64,000 nt of DNA, taken from positions 1 through 64,000 of IMG/VR virus record IMGVR_UViG_3300029807_000001. One strand, written 5' to 3'. The translations under genes were made by a program, and so were the position numbers. Source of the stretch: a virus. Every line of letters starts with the position of its first letter. The stretch's first letter is position 1. Below, piece by piece: positions 17,993 to 27,771 of this stretch. The notes under the pieces were generated by a model. The model saw nothing but the letters and a program-made list of their open reading frames with translations, ran no database searches and was not told the DNA's origin.

Positions 17993-18660
17993 TGCCAAGA
18001 CGCAATCTGGATCAACAGCATTCTATTGTAGAAGCTGCGCATGAATACAACATCATGCTGGACAGTCGAGAAATCTTTCTGCATGGAGAAGTAGGTGAAG
18101 ACCTGAGTAAGGGATTCCTCACCAACCTCCAGATTCTACTATCTCGTACAGATGAAGCTCCCATTACTATACATCAGTTTGGTTTAGGTGGAGACTGGTG
18201 CTCTGGCGTAGCTATCTTCGATGCTATAACACTGTGTCCATGCCCCATAGTCTTTGTGTGTCATGGTATCGCCGCTTCTATGAGTAGTATTATCCCGATG
18301 GCATGTTCACAGAGAGAGCAAGCTTATTGTATCAATATGCCCAATTGTGACTGGTTGATCCACGACGGAACAACAGGGATCATGCAGGATATGACTCACA
18401 AACAAGCTCAATCCTGGAGTGAGTGGGAGAAGAGACTAAAGGAAGACACTCTAGACTGGTACACTCTGTCATGTTCCGAAGGAGAGGTGTATAAAAACAG
18501 ATCGGACAAACAGATTAGAGCTTCAATAAAACAGAAACTAGACTCTAAAGAGGACTGGTGGCTTACCGCGAGAGAAGCTGTAGAGCACGGATTTGCCGAT
18601 GCTATACTAGGCGACGAAGGATTCGCGTCTTTGAAAGAGATCAGATCGGAATTCATATAA
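17992..18660 (+). CDS. clpP: ClpP-like serine protease
   Basis: GIAASMSS (Ser), IHDG (His) and DWWLTAREAVEHGFAD (Asp). Confidence 0.8.
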   Translation: MPRRNLDQQHSIVEAAHEYNIMLDSREIFLHGEVGEDLSKGFLTNLQILLSRTDEAPITIHQFGLGGDWCSGVAIFDAITLCPCPIVFVCHGIAASMSSIIPMACSQREQAYCINMPNCDWLIHDGTTGIMQDMTHKQAQSWSEWEKRLKEDTLDWYTLSCSEGEVYKNRSDKQIRASIKQKLDSKEDWWLTAREAVEHGFADAILGDEGFASLKEIRSEFI

Positions 18661-18663
18661 TCC

Positions 18664-19317
18664 ATGAACGATATACTACTAGAGTATGCGTGCTATGACG
18701 AGATACTGACAGACGTAATCAAGGTAAATGTATTTAAGGCTCTGGACCTCGGAGCTAAGAGTATATCTGTACCGACAACACACATGTCTGCCGTAGCAGC
18801 TTTCATTCCCGCTGGTATCACACTCTCCTGCCCCATAGACTATCCCAATGGTAGATCAGACACCGCTCTACGAGTACATTCCGTAGTGAAGTCGGTGAAT
18901 CAGGGTGCTACATCAGTAGATATAGTGGCCAGTTCAGTGCTGTTCCGAAACCAAAAAGAAAAAGACTTCATACATGATCTCAAGACCTTAAAGGGTGTGG
19001 CAGACGAAAAAAGTGTCACGATGCGAGTCATGGCAGACTATCGTAAGACCGACGACGGTAAGCAATTCCGCAAGGTACTTGAACTTATTAAAGCTGCGGG
19101 AATTGAGTACGTTTACTGCTCTACTGGGTGCTACGTAGACGATGCTGTTGATAATGTCATCTTATGTAACATGGCACAGAAAGATTTCGGACTGTCTGCT
19201 ATAGCCAATGGTAATATATATTTGCCTAAACATGTGGAAGCTGCCGAGGGTGCTAATCTCTTTGGTGTTAGGTTCAGTAAGATTAAAGCTATGGAAAACT
19301 GTGTAGTCGGTGTATAA
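18664..19317 (+). CDS. DeoC-like aldolase-fold protein, catalytic Lys apparently absent
   Basis: IDYPNG, GATSVDIV and YVYCSTG (canonical FVKTSTG). Confidence 0.7.
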   Translation: MNDILLEYACYDEILTDVIKVNVFKALDLGAKSISVPTTHMSAVAAFIPAGITLSCPIDYPNGRSDTALRVHSVVKSVNQGATSVDIVASSVLFRNQKEKDFIHDLKTLKGVADEKSVTMRVMADYRKTDDGKQFRKVLELIKAAGIEYVYCSTGCYVDDAVDNVILCNMAQKDFGLSAIANGNIYLPKHVEAAEGANLFGVRFSKIKAMENCVVGV

Positions 19318-19385
19318 TATACTGAACAGGATTTACTCATAGGAATACTAGGATAAATGCGTTACCAAATATAGAAGGTAACAAC

Positions 19386-20198
19386 ATGTCAAATTACACA
19401 TTATTTCCCGACGCAGATAAGCGTCAAACAGACGACACGGCGATCACAGCCCTTACTTCTACCGTTATAGACGGTGGTACTGGCTTCGCTCTCGGTATAG
19501 CTGTTCCTGCTGGTCCTCTGACCGCACATCTTCAACTTGGTGGACGCGCAGAAGTTCACGGTTCTCAAGTGATTCAAAGCCGCGATTTATTCGGTGCTTT
19601 CCATGCTGCTGATGTGACTCTTACATCTGTTGCGGATGACGGTAACGGTTTCGCTGATTACACTCTCGTTGGCCACTTACTTAGTGTTGGCGATGTGATT
19701 AACGTCACTGGTTCTACTGCTGGTGGTGTTGACGGTGTTCAAAAAGTAACATCCGTTCCTGATGCCAACAGCATTGTTACTGACCAACCATACGTTGCGT
19801 CTGCTACTGCTGGTGTATACAACATCGTGGCTGGTACTTTTGCTACCATGACAGAAGAAGCTTACATCATGCGAGGCTTTGCTCAAAGTGCCGCTGGTGG
19901 TCAGTACACTTACACTGGATTCGGTAACGACTTCGGTATTCGTAGAAGCATTCACAAGCTAGAGTTCATGAGAACTAACCGAGTGGCTACTGCTATTCGT
20001 GCTGGTTTCTGGGATATCTTTGCTGGTGTCTTCACTACCGCTCCTACTGTAGCAAACGACGAACCTACTATGGGTCAAGATGATGCAGCTAATCCAACTT
20101 ACGCTATTCCTGGCGAACTGGTTTATCGTGTATCTGGTCAGCAAGACGGTGCTACCTTCGGTATTATCCAAGATAACTACGAAGCTAAAACTGGTTAA
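19386..20198 (+). CDS. probable virion structural protein
   Basis: Ala/Gly/Thr-rich with strong GCT/GGT codon bias. It has its own upstream GTGTATAAT and a downstream terminator. Confidence 0.5.
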   Translation: MSNYTLFPDADKRQTDDTAITALTSTVIDGGTGFALGIAVPAGPLTAHLQLGGRAEVHGSQVIQSRDLFGAFHAADVTLTSVADDGNGFADYTLVGHLLSVGDVINVTGSTAGGVDGVQKVTSVPDANSIVTDQPYVASATAGVYNIVAGTFATMTEEAYIMRGFAQSAAGGQYTYTGFGNDFGIRRSIHKLEFMRTNRVATAIRAGFWDIFAGVFTTAPTVANDEPTMGQDDAANPTYAIPGELVYRVSGQQDGATFGIIQDNYEAKTG

Positions 20199-20229
20199 TC
20201 AATACTCTTTGAGTATATAGTTTTTATAT

Positions 20230-20265
20230 GGCCATCGGTTAGGCAACTGGCCGATGGCTTTTTTT
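20230..20265 (+). terminator. intrinsic terminator
   Basis: GCCATCGGTT..GGCCGATGGC followed by T7. Confidence 0.8.
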
Positions 20266-20286
20266 AACCTACAGAGAGTACACATC

Positions 20287-20574
20287 ATGGCAACTAAGAA
20301 CGACTACATGTTAAAACTAGCGGGATATGCTGTAACAGTCTTTGTAACGATAGTTATAACTATGACTGGTTTCTGGATGATGGTTGGTAGAGACTTCGTG
20401 ACTAAATCAGAAGTTGATAAGATGATAGACCTGAGAGTTACTGCCATAGAGCAGCGAGAAGAGAAGTTTGATAAGGTAATAGAGAAAAATACCGAAGCTA
20501 TACAACGACTAGAAATACAGATAGCGATACTAAACAAAACCCTGGAATTACGATATGACGCTGGAAAAGATTAA
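20287..20574 (+). CDS. single-TM coiled-coil protein (holin/XhlA-like?)
   Basis: N-terminal TM helix and coiled coil, next to a permuted NlpC/P60 gene. Confidence 0.45.
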   Translation: MATKNDYMLKLAGYAVTVFVTIVITMTGFWMMVGRDFVTKSEVDKMIDLRVTAIEQREEKFDKVIEKNTEAIQRLEIQIAILNKTLELRYDAGKD

Positions 20575-21193
20575 CCTAGATTTTGCCCAAGCAAAAGAGC
20601 TTTTGCACGAGGGAGACATTTTATTGTTTAGGGGGAGTGGTATTGCCTCCTTTTTTATTCAACGTGCCTCAGAGGGCGAATACAGCCACGTAGGGGTCGC
20701 TTCCTGCCACGGTACTAACGGTGGCAAGATGTGGGAATGCGTGGAGTTTCGAGAATGGAAAGGTGGGCGAGTTGTCAACCTGGAAAGGTATGTTAAGCAG
20801 CACAGTGGACGTATAGATGTTTATAGACCAGTTAGTAGTAAAAAGTCCCTATCTTATGACCCAGAGACTAATATAGTACGAGAAGTAGAGACGGGTTTCA
20901 ATGGTAAGGGTGTTACAAACATCATGAGACGCATGACTGGCCTACCATACGGATGGAAACGTATACTGTGGATAGCTCAGCATAAGATAGCATTTCTAAG
21001 ACTATTCTATTCTATGGACTCAGTGGTAGACGACTCTACAAAAGATCCTGTATACCCAGTATGTAGTACGGCTCTAGCATACGCAAATTCTCGCGTGAAC
21101 TACGACATATTACACCACAGAGCGGACAAGGCGACCGAGCCTTCTGACTTCGCGCGCTCCCCGCTCACCCATTATCTTTTTACTTTGAAGTAA
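20555..21193 (+). CDS. permuted papain-like NlpC/P60 enzyme (YiiX/YebB-like)
   Basis: GDILLFRG, YSHVGV (His) preceding VCS (Cys), GLPY and PSDF. Confidence 0.75.
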   Translation: MTLEKINLDFAQAKELLHEGDILLFRGSGIASFFIQRASEGEYSHVGVASCHGTNGGKMWECVEFREWKGGRVVNLERYVKQHSGRIDVYRPVSSKKSLSYDPETNIVREVETGFNGKGVTNIMRRMTGLPYGWKRILWIAQHKIAFLRLFYSMDSVVDDSTKDPVYPVCSTALAYANSRVNYDILHHRADKATEPSDFARSPLTHYLFTLK

Positions 21194-21302
21194 ATTTCTA
21201 GATTTATGACGTTTCAGGTTGACAACAGGCACTTCTCAGAGTATATGTATTGCAGAGAAAGAAATTGATATAGGAATAACTTTACACAGGATTAATGATT
21301 AA

Positions 21303-21887
21303 ATGGCCGAAATTATTGATGGGGACAAGCATCATCTAGTATGGCACGACGAGAAGGGAACAGCAAGGCTAAGACTCAAGAAGTTACAATCGTTACTAGC
21401 CGAGTTAAACTATCCAGAACCAGTAGAGACGGAAAAACAGTCTCCTCATACTACATACATGAATCAGGCGTTTGAAGCAAGCTACCGTAGTCCAGACGCA
21501 CAGACCAAACACGGTTGTGTAATAGTGTCGGCAGACGGTCATCTGTTATCTACTGGTTACAACGGTTTCCCCAGGAATATAGACTATTCTCTTCTGCCCA
21601 ACACACGTCCCCACAAATACGCCTGGATGCGACACGCCGAGAGAAACGCCCTAGCGTGGTGCGAGACAAGACCTATCAATGCCACAGCCTATGTAACTGG
21701 AGAATCGTGCAACGAATGTCTTATGACTATGTGGCAACACGGAATCACTAGAGTATTCCAAGCTGAAAGACACGGTAGTGCTCTTATATCAGAGGAAGAT
21801 AGAAAAGTCCGCGAAGTCTTCCTACATTTATCGCACATGGCAGTCATAAAACTAGACGTTACAGAACTTTTGAAAAATTATAACTAG
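21303..21887 (+). CDS. dCMP deaminase
   Basis: TGYNGFP, HAERNA and SCNEC Zn motif. Confidence 0.85.
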   Translation: MAEIIDGDKHHLVWHDEKGTARLRLKKLQSLLAELNYPEPVETEKQSPHTTYMNQAFEASYRSPDAQTKHGCVIVSADGHLLSTGYNGFPRNIDYSLLPNTRPHKYAWMRHAERNALAWCETRPINATAYVTGESCNECLMTMWQHGITRVFQAERHGSALISEEDRKVREVFLHLSHMAVIKLDVTELLKNYN

Positions 21888-21926
21888 CCACCATGCACAA
21901 CCTAAGTGCGCGGTGTATAATAAGTG

Positions 21927-22147
21927 TGAGTCGGGTTAAAATGACAGATAGGCTAAGCCTGATCCGTTAAAGCGACACATTCCGACTCAGTTACCATCTC
22001 ATGCAAGTAGATAAATTTATAGATAAAGCAACATGCTAAAACAATTTTGTTTAGAGGTTGAACACAAACACCTGTATCTCTTGCGTGGGAATTGGTGTGT
22101 CGCTACATAATAATATGCCCGTGGTGCGTTATGCATGACGGGTTTTC
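21927..22147 (+). ncRNA. candidate pseudoknotted ncRNA or leader upstream of the nrdJ operon
   Basis: Follows GTGTATAAT. Helices TGAGTCGG/CCGACTCA and TCTCATGCAAG/CTTGCGTGGGA, crossing helix AGCGACAC/GTGTCGCT, and a terminal CCCGT..ACGGG-TTTT hairpin. Confidence 0.5.
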
Positions 22148-22170
22148 TAATTAACCAGGAGAGATTTAGG

Positions 22171-22464
22171 ATGTTAATAGATTTTCACAAGCCTCCAACT
22201 AAAGCGTTTGAACTTACGTTACCATTGAAAGATGTTAATGGAGACCTTACGGGTAAGTTTAAGACCTACCGAACAGACAGTGCTTATAAGCTATGGGAAT
22301 TCCATCAGGCTAATATGCCTAAGCGTAAGAAGAGAAAGAAGAAGATGGTAAAGACCAAAGGAGGTCGTTACAAAGCGGAGTCCCTGCCTAATAAGGATCA
22401 GGCTGACCAAATTATGAAATCAATTCACAACACGGAAGAAAACAAGAATGTCGAGCGCAACTAA
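22171..22464 (+). CDS. hypothetical basic protein
   Basis: AGGAG RBS before the ATG at 22171. Overlaps the nrdJ start. Confidence 0.6.
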   Translation: MLIDFHKPPTKAFELTLPLKDVNGDLTGKFKTYRTDSAYKLWEFHQANMPKRKKRKKKMVKTKGGRYKAESLPNKDQADQIMKSIHNTEENKNVERN

Positions 22465-24805
22465 GGTCTTACAGGATTATATTTTTACTTCAAAGTACGC
22501 AAGATGGATCAAAGAAGAACAACGTAGGGAGACGTGGAGAGAGGCAGGAGACAGAGTTAAACAAATGATGCTAGATAAGTATTCTGGCATGGGTATAGAC
22601 GATGACATAGAGTGGGCCTACGACATGATGCGCAAGAAGCGTGTGTTGGGGTCGCAGAGAGCGTTACAGTTCGGCGGCAAGCCAGCCTTAAAGAAGAACG
22701 CTAGAATTTTTAACTGCGTAGCTTCGTACTGTGACAGACCGAAGTTCTTTCAGGAATTCTTTTGGTTATTACTGTGTGGTTGTGGCGCAGGATTCTCTGT
22801 GCAGAAACATCACATAGCTAAGCTGCCAGAATTCAACCCGTTCAGAACTGGTCAACGTAAGAGGATCATGGCCATAAGAGCTAAAACACACATTATACCA
22901 GACACAATAGAGGGATGGTCAGACGCACTAGGTATCCTACTTGCTACATACTTTGACTGTCCACCAGAGGACAGGTTTGAAAAGTGGCGTAACAATGAGG
23001 TCAAGTTTGACTACTCTAACATTCGTGCCAAAGGAGCAGACCTAAGTAGCGGAATTGGTAAGGCTCCAGGACCAGAGGGACTAAGACAAGCATTAGATAA
23101 GATACGTGAACTACTAAACAGATGTTGTGCAGAGGGACGCCAAAGGTTGAGACCTATTGATGCATTTGACATTTGTATGCATACTGCTGACGCAGTGCTT
23201 AGCGGTGGCGTAAGACGGTCTGCTACCATTGCCTTATTTTCAGTAGACGATAAGGAAATGGTGCAGGCTAAGACTGGTAACTGGTGGCAAGAGAATCCCC
23301 AACGGCAACGAGCTAACATTTCTGCTCTACTCATAAGGAATCAGACTACTAAAGAACAATTTGCGGAATTGATGGACAGTGTTAAGCAGTTCGGAGAGCC
23401 TGGGTTCTATTGGTCTGACTCACCAGAGATGGTTCCTAATCCTTGTGTGGAGATAGGGTTCTTTACCTATGATATCATCAATGAGAAGAAGTTTCTCAAA
23501 TGGAAAGAGAATCATGGATGTGAGGCTATTATAGGAGACCCAGAGAAAATCGGTCTCAGGTCTGGATGGCAGGGATGTAATCTATCTACTACTAACTGCG
23601 CAAATCTCAAGGGAGATACGATAGAAGAGAAGATAGCTTGGTTCATGGACAACGTGAAGGCTGCTACAATACTGGGGACGCTACAAGCTGGGTTTACCGA
23701 ACTAGATTATCTGGGTGAGACCTCGGAGAACATTTTCCGCAGGGAAGCTCTACTAGGGGTAAGTATGACGGGGATGATGGACAATCATGCTGTCGTACTC
23801 GATCCAGAGGTACAAAGAAAAGCCGCATCTTTAGTTAAGAAGGTCAACGCCAGTCTTGCAGCAAAGATCGGGATCAATCCTTTCGCTAGAGGCACATGTT
23901 TGAAGCCAGAAGGTACGGGGAGTCTTATTTTGGGGACGTTAGCTACGGGAATTCACTCGCATCATTATGTGCGGTACTTACGTACTGTTCAGGCTAACAC
24001 CGACGAAAAAACGTATCAGTACTTTAAGAAATTCAATCCTAACGCCTGTGAACCTTCGTTAACATCGGCTACTAAGACAGATGACGTAGTGTACTTCCCC
24101 ATTGAAGTACCAGATGGAGCTAAGACTAAGAATCAATTGCCTGCACTAAAGATGTTGGAGATAGTGAAGAGTACTCAACAGAACTGGGTGATGAACGGCA
24201 AGAGAAAAGAACGATGTACGATGCCGTGGATCGAGAACAACGTCAGTAACACCGTAACAGTAAGAGAAGACGAGTGGGATGAAGTGACCAGTTATATCTT
24301 TAAGAACCGTAAATATTTTACGGGAATTACCTTGCTGGGGACTAGCGGAGATAAGGACTATCCACAAGCACCTTACTGTGCTGTATATACTTCAAGACAG
24401 ATAGCGGCAGAGTACGGAGAGGCTGCACTGTGGACCTCTGGACTGATAGAGTTAGCTCTGAGGTCTTTTGATTCAAAACTATACAATGCATGTATAGCTG
24501 TTATGACTCCTGATTACAGTCCTATGGACGATGGGACTCTAAGTATGTGTAAATCGTCGGACTTGCTTATAGCATCACTTCGTAAGGAATTCGTAGAGAG
24601 GTCTCATAAATTTGCTCATAAGTATTTCAATAGCGACTTTAAGAAACTGACCTACTGCATGAAAGACGTGTTTAATTGGAAACGATGGCACGATCTCAAC
24701 TTATCTTTTACTTCCGTAGATTATACCCAGTTAGTTGAGCGTGAGGATAATACCTCGCCAGAACAACAGGTAGCGTGTGCGGGTGGAGCGTGTGAAATTG
24801 TCTAA
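22448..24805 (+). CDS. nrdJ: class II (AdoCbl-dependent) ribonucleotide reductase
   Basis: SQRALQFGG, FNC, GGVRRSA, NPCVEI, CNL, KPEGT and C-terminal CAGGACEI. Confidence 0.9.
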   Translation: MSSATKVLQDYIFTSKYARWIKEEQRRETWREAGDRVKQMMLDKYSGMGIDDDIEWAYDMMRKKRVLGSQRALQFGGKPALKKNARIFNCVASYCDRPKFFQEFFWLLLCGCGAGFSVQKHHIAKLPEFNPFRTGQRKRIMAIRAKTHIIPDTIEGWSDALGILLATYFDCPPEDRFEKWRNNEVKFDYSNIRAKGADLSSGIGKAPGPEGLRQALDKIRELLNRCCAEGRQRLRPIDAFDICMHTADAVLSGGVRRSATIALFSVDDKEMVQAKTGNWWQENPQRQRANISALLIRNQTTKEQFAELMDSVKQFGEPGFYWSDSPEMVPNPCVEIGFFTYDIINEKKFLKWKENHGCEAIIGDPEKIGLRSGWQGCNLSTTNCANLKGDTIEEKIAWFMDNVKAATILGTLQAGFTELDYLGETSENIFRREALLGVSMTGMMDNHAVVLDPEVQRKAASLVKKVNASLAAKIGINPFARGTCLKPEGTGSLILGTLATGIHSHHYVRYLRTVQANTDEKTYQYFKKFNPNACEPSLTSATKTDDVVYFPIEVPDGAKTKNQLPALKMLEIVKSTQQNWVMNGKRKERCTMPWIENNVSNTVTVREDEWDEVTSYIFKNRKYFTGITLLGTSGDKDYPQAPYCAVYTSRQIAAEYGEAALWTSGLIELALRSFDSKLYNACIAVMTPDYSPMDDGTLSMCKSSDLLIASLRKEFVERSHKFAHKYFNSDFKKLTYCMKDVFNWKRWHDLNLSFTSVDYTQLVEREDNTSPEQQVACAGGACEIV

Positions 24806-25484
24806 AAGAACCACTAAGAGAATCAAATCTCCTTCTGCTAGAACGGAGAATCAAAAGACCTATGTTAAAGCTATACTAGATAACGATATAGTTATATGTG
24901 AAGGTCCAGCAGGAACTGGTAAGACACACTTAGCTATAGGTCTAGCTATCTTTGCCTTCAAGAGAGAACTAGTAGACAGGATAGTAATAGTGAGACCAGT
25001 AGTAGAAGCTGGAGAGCAAATAGGATTCTTACCAGGAGACATAGATAGTAAGATGGACCCATTCGTAAGACCTATCTTTGATGAGTTAGCAGAGTACACT
25101 ACTCCTATGGAAGTAGAAGAAATGAGAAAGAATAAACAGCTTGAGATAGTTCCTATTGCTTTTATGAGGGGTCGCACATTTAAGAACGCTTTCATAGTTT
25201 GTGACGAGTGCCAGAACTTAGGGTTTGAGCAGATGAAAATGATGCTTACTAGATTCGGTACGGACTCTAAAATGATACTTACTGGGGACACTAAGCAGTC
25301 GGACCTTCTCATGCGAGACCGTGGAGCATTTCGCTACGCTTGTGAGGTATTTGGTTCTCAAGAGGGGATACAGGTAGTCAAGTTGGACCACTCTGACGTG
25401 CAAAGGCATAATTTAGTTGGGAAAATGACCAAATTATGGGAAAAGCACCTTGACAATTTCAAAAACCAGGGTACAATAAGGTAG
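24798..25484 (+). CDS. phoH: PhoH-like ATPase
   Basis: GPAGTGKT, GFLPGD, FMRGRTF, DECQN and TGDTKQSDL. Confidence 0.92.
   Translation: MSKRTTKRIKSPSARTENQKTYVKAILDNDIVICEGPAGTGKTHLAIGLAIFAFKRELVDRIVIVRPVVEAGEQIGFLPGDIDSKMDPFVRPIFDELAEYTTPMEVEEMRKNKQLEIVPIAFMRGRTFKNAFIVCDECQNLGFEQMKMMLTRFGTDSKMILTGDTKQSDLLMRDRGAFRYACEVFGSQEGIQVVKLDHSDVQRHNLVGKMTKLWEKHLDNFKNQGTIR
25450..25477 (+). promoter_or_regulatory. sigma70-type promoter
   Basis: TTGACA-16 nt-TACAAT-AAG. Confidence 0.6.
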
Positions 25485-25517
25485 ACGACGAAACTATTTT
25501 CGCACAGGACACAATAT

Positions 25518-25829
25518 ATGACAATCGGAGAAGACTTACTCGATCAGATAACCAGAGTACACGCCAATAGCAATATGAGACCTAAGACTCAAGACCCCAT
25601 GCTGGGGCTAGTCGAGGAAGTAGGAGAAGTGGCGACTGCCCTGAACGTAACTCGTCACGGCAAGGGTAAAACCCTGACAGAAAGCGCAAAACAAGAATGC
25701 GTTGACGTTATATTGTCTGCACTAGAGCTATTCTTTGACGAGGGTGGTACTGTGCCATACCTAGTTGAGTATATGAGTATCAAGCAGAGGAAATGGGAGA
25801 GAAGACTAGACGAAAAGCGTGTTGTATAA
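25518..25829 (+). CDS. MazG-like nucleotide pyrophosphohydrolase
   Basis: EEVGEVA...QECVD (ExxE...ExxD). Confidence 0.75.
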   Translation: MTIGEDLLDQITRVHANSNMRPKTQDPMLGLVEEVGEVATALNVTRHGKGKTLTESAKQECVDVILSALELFFDEGGTVPYLVEYMSIKQRKWERRLDEKRVV

Positions 25830-25853
25830 CTTGGAAAGACATTTGGATTTAAC

Positions 25854-26435
25854 ATGACTAAACACGAACGAGCACTAATATTAAACGCGGACTATACTCC
25901 GATAGGACTAGTTAGCTGGGAAAAAGCTATCACTTTAGACTTTAAGGGTCTGGTGAAGGTGGTAGATTTCTACAAGGGTGACGAGATCAAGTGTTCTAGC
26001 GGGTTTCGTTGGCCAGTGCCAGCGGTTATAGTTCTAACCGAGTACAAGAGACCGAAGAAGAAGAGGATTCCGTTCTCCAGGAAGAACATCTTCATCAGAG
26101 ACGGTCTAGTATGTCAGTACTGCAATAAGAGGTTTGATCCTTCTGATCTTACCTTTGACCACGTTGTTCCGAGGTCTAAGTGGAATGGCAGCGGTACTCC
26201 GACTCAGTGGAAGAATATTGTAACTTGTTGCTACCCATGTAACAACAAGAAGGGCAGTAAGCACCTAAAGGATACTGATATGCAGCTAATGAACACTCCT
26301 AGAGAGCCTAATCCACATGGATTTGTACTAGGACTAGCTCCGTGGAGTAAATTGCAGCCAGAGTGGTTGCCGTACATTCCAAATAACTACAAAGAAATCA
26401 TGCAAACTACAGATTTAGAAGGAAACGGTGTATAA
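25854..26435 (+). CDS. HNH endonuclease
   Basis: LILNADY, RDGLVCQYC, TFDHVVPRS and CYPCNNKK. Confidence 0.85.
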   Translation: MTKHERALILNADYTPIGLVSWEKAITLDFKGLVKVVDFYKGDEIKCSSGFRWPVPAVIVLTEYKRPKKKRIPFSRKNIFIRDGLVCQYCNKRFDPSDLTFDHVVPRSKWNGSGTPTQWKNIVTCCYPCNNKKGSKHLKDTDMQLMNTPREPNPHGFVLGLAPWSKLQPEWLPYIPNNYKEIMQTTDLEGNGV

Positions 26436-26439
26436 ACCT

Positions 26440-26778
26440 ATGCCCACATACCAATATATATGTGACTCAGACGACGGTGGATGCGATAACGTAATCGAGT
26501 TCACCTGTCTAATGTCCGAAAAAGACGACAAGCAACCCAAATCCTGCCCTGCCTGTCGTAAGAGAAAACCCCTCCATCAATTGTTCGGATGTGCAGAAGT
26601 TCACGTACACACCACACTAGGCGTTTATGCCGACAAACAATCCACCAAGCTAAGTGCAGATGAACGTCATCACCTTACGAATAAGCATAACGAATATCGT
26701 AAGAGCGATGGACAACCATCTTTTGTGCAACAGTCTGATGGTTCGATTGTTCATAGAGACAAATTAGAAGGGAGATAA
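26440..26778 (+). CDS. FmdB-like Zn-ribbon protein
   Basis: MPTYQYIC...C...CPAC. Confidence 0.65.
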   Translation: MPTYQYICDSDDGGCDNVIEFTCLMSEKDDKQPKSCPACRKRKPLHQLFGCAEVHVHTTLGVYADKQSTKLSADERHHLTNKHNEYRKSDGQPSFVQQSDGSIVHRDKLEGR

Positions 26779-26781
26779 ACC

Positions 26782-27249
26782 ATGACCTGGGAACAAGATA
26801 TGAAAAGAGGTCACATACAATCGGTTAAATCACTCAAAGACATACCTAATCGGTTCGACAGTATGCCAGAGAGAGAGTCTTGCAAGGAAGACGTAGAAAT
26901 AGATAGGCTAATGCAACTTCCAGGTGATAAATTTCTCAAGGCTGGGAATATGGGTGTAACTACTGGAGAATCCAAGCCTCGCAAACGTCTATCGGAAGGT
27001 GTTCCAGTTCCAGATGGATACTACGAAGAAAACATAGGCTATGTTAGATTATTTTTCAAGAAAGAAGACCCACTGTGTCAACTAGAAACAACATTAGTAA
27101 GGAAGCGCCGCACCAAGCTATTGTCTTGGTTAGGTACGAGAATTATCAACTGGATACGACGGGGCGCTGCACTGGTCGCCCTAGTACTGCGGAATCCAAA
27201 ACATTTACTTTCACTGGCGCGACACATAAAGAAGCGCAAGAAAAAGTAG
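26782..27249 (+). CDS. hypothetical protein
   Basis: GGGAG RBS. The 3' part overlaps a second ORF. Confidence 0.55.
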   Translation: MTWEQDMKRGHIQSVKSLKDIPNRFDSMPERESCKEDVEIDRLMQLPGDKFLKAGNMGVTTGESKPRKRLSEGVPVPDGYYEENIGYVRLFFKKEDPLCQLETTLVRKRRTKLLSWLGTRIINWIRRGAALVALVLRNPKHLLSLARHIKKRKKK

Positions 27250-27287
27250 ACGAATTTATAGAAAGGCTGAATACAAAAGATGGCTAA
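27075..27287 (+). CDS. hypothetical protein overlapping the previous ORF
   Basis: GTG start. Its stop overlaps the next gene's ATG in the usual coupled fashion. Confidence 0.45.
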   Translation: MSTRNNISKEAPHQAIVLVRYENYQLDTTGRCTGRPSTAESKTFTFTGATHKEAQEKVDEFIERLNTKDG

Positions 27288-27771
27288 GAGAAAATACGAA
27301 AGTGGTAGAGTAAACGTGAGAGACGCTGATAAGGCAATCTTTCGTCCTAACAGTCAAGTACAGGACGACTCTCCAGAACAGAATTTCAATACAGAGATAT
27401 CTCGTGAGGTAGTGTGTTATACCATGTTTGGTAATCACGATTACATAGACGGGGACGACTATCCGATTCTTGGAGACTCCACGGACGATAAGGGAGTGCA
27501 GACAGACGCAGAAAATAGGACTCTTTCCTTTGCTCGAACCGTCAGTACCAATAGTCGCAACCTAAAGTACTATGTTAAGAGTGCGGTAGGTGGCAAATTT
27601 TTCAATCCTTTAGGCATGGACGAAGGCAGACACAATAAGGTGCTCCATCATGCAATTGGAAACGAATTCACATATCACCAAGTAAACAAAAGTTCTTTTG
27701 ATTACTATATTCAATTCTTGAAGACAAAGAACAAGGCGCATTTACTTAATGCAGAAAGAGAAGATTCGTAA
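27280..27771 (+). CDS. hypothetical protein
   Basis: Tiled ORF with TAATG coupling. Confidence 0.65.
   Translation: MAKRKYESGRVNVRDADKAIFRPNSQVQDDSPEQNFNTEISREVVCYTMFGNHDYIDGDDYPILGDSTDDKGVQTDAENRTLSFARTVSTNSRNLKYYVKSAVGGKFFNPLGMDEGRHNKVLHHAIGNEFTYHQVNKSSFDYYIQFLKTKNKAHLLNAEREDS

Noticed and set aside
20254-20286. ORF-track start at 20254
   Set aside because: It lies within the terminator hairpin. The ATG at 20287 is more plausible.
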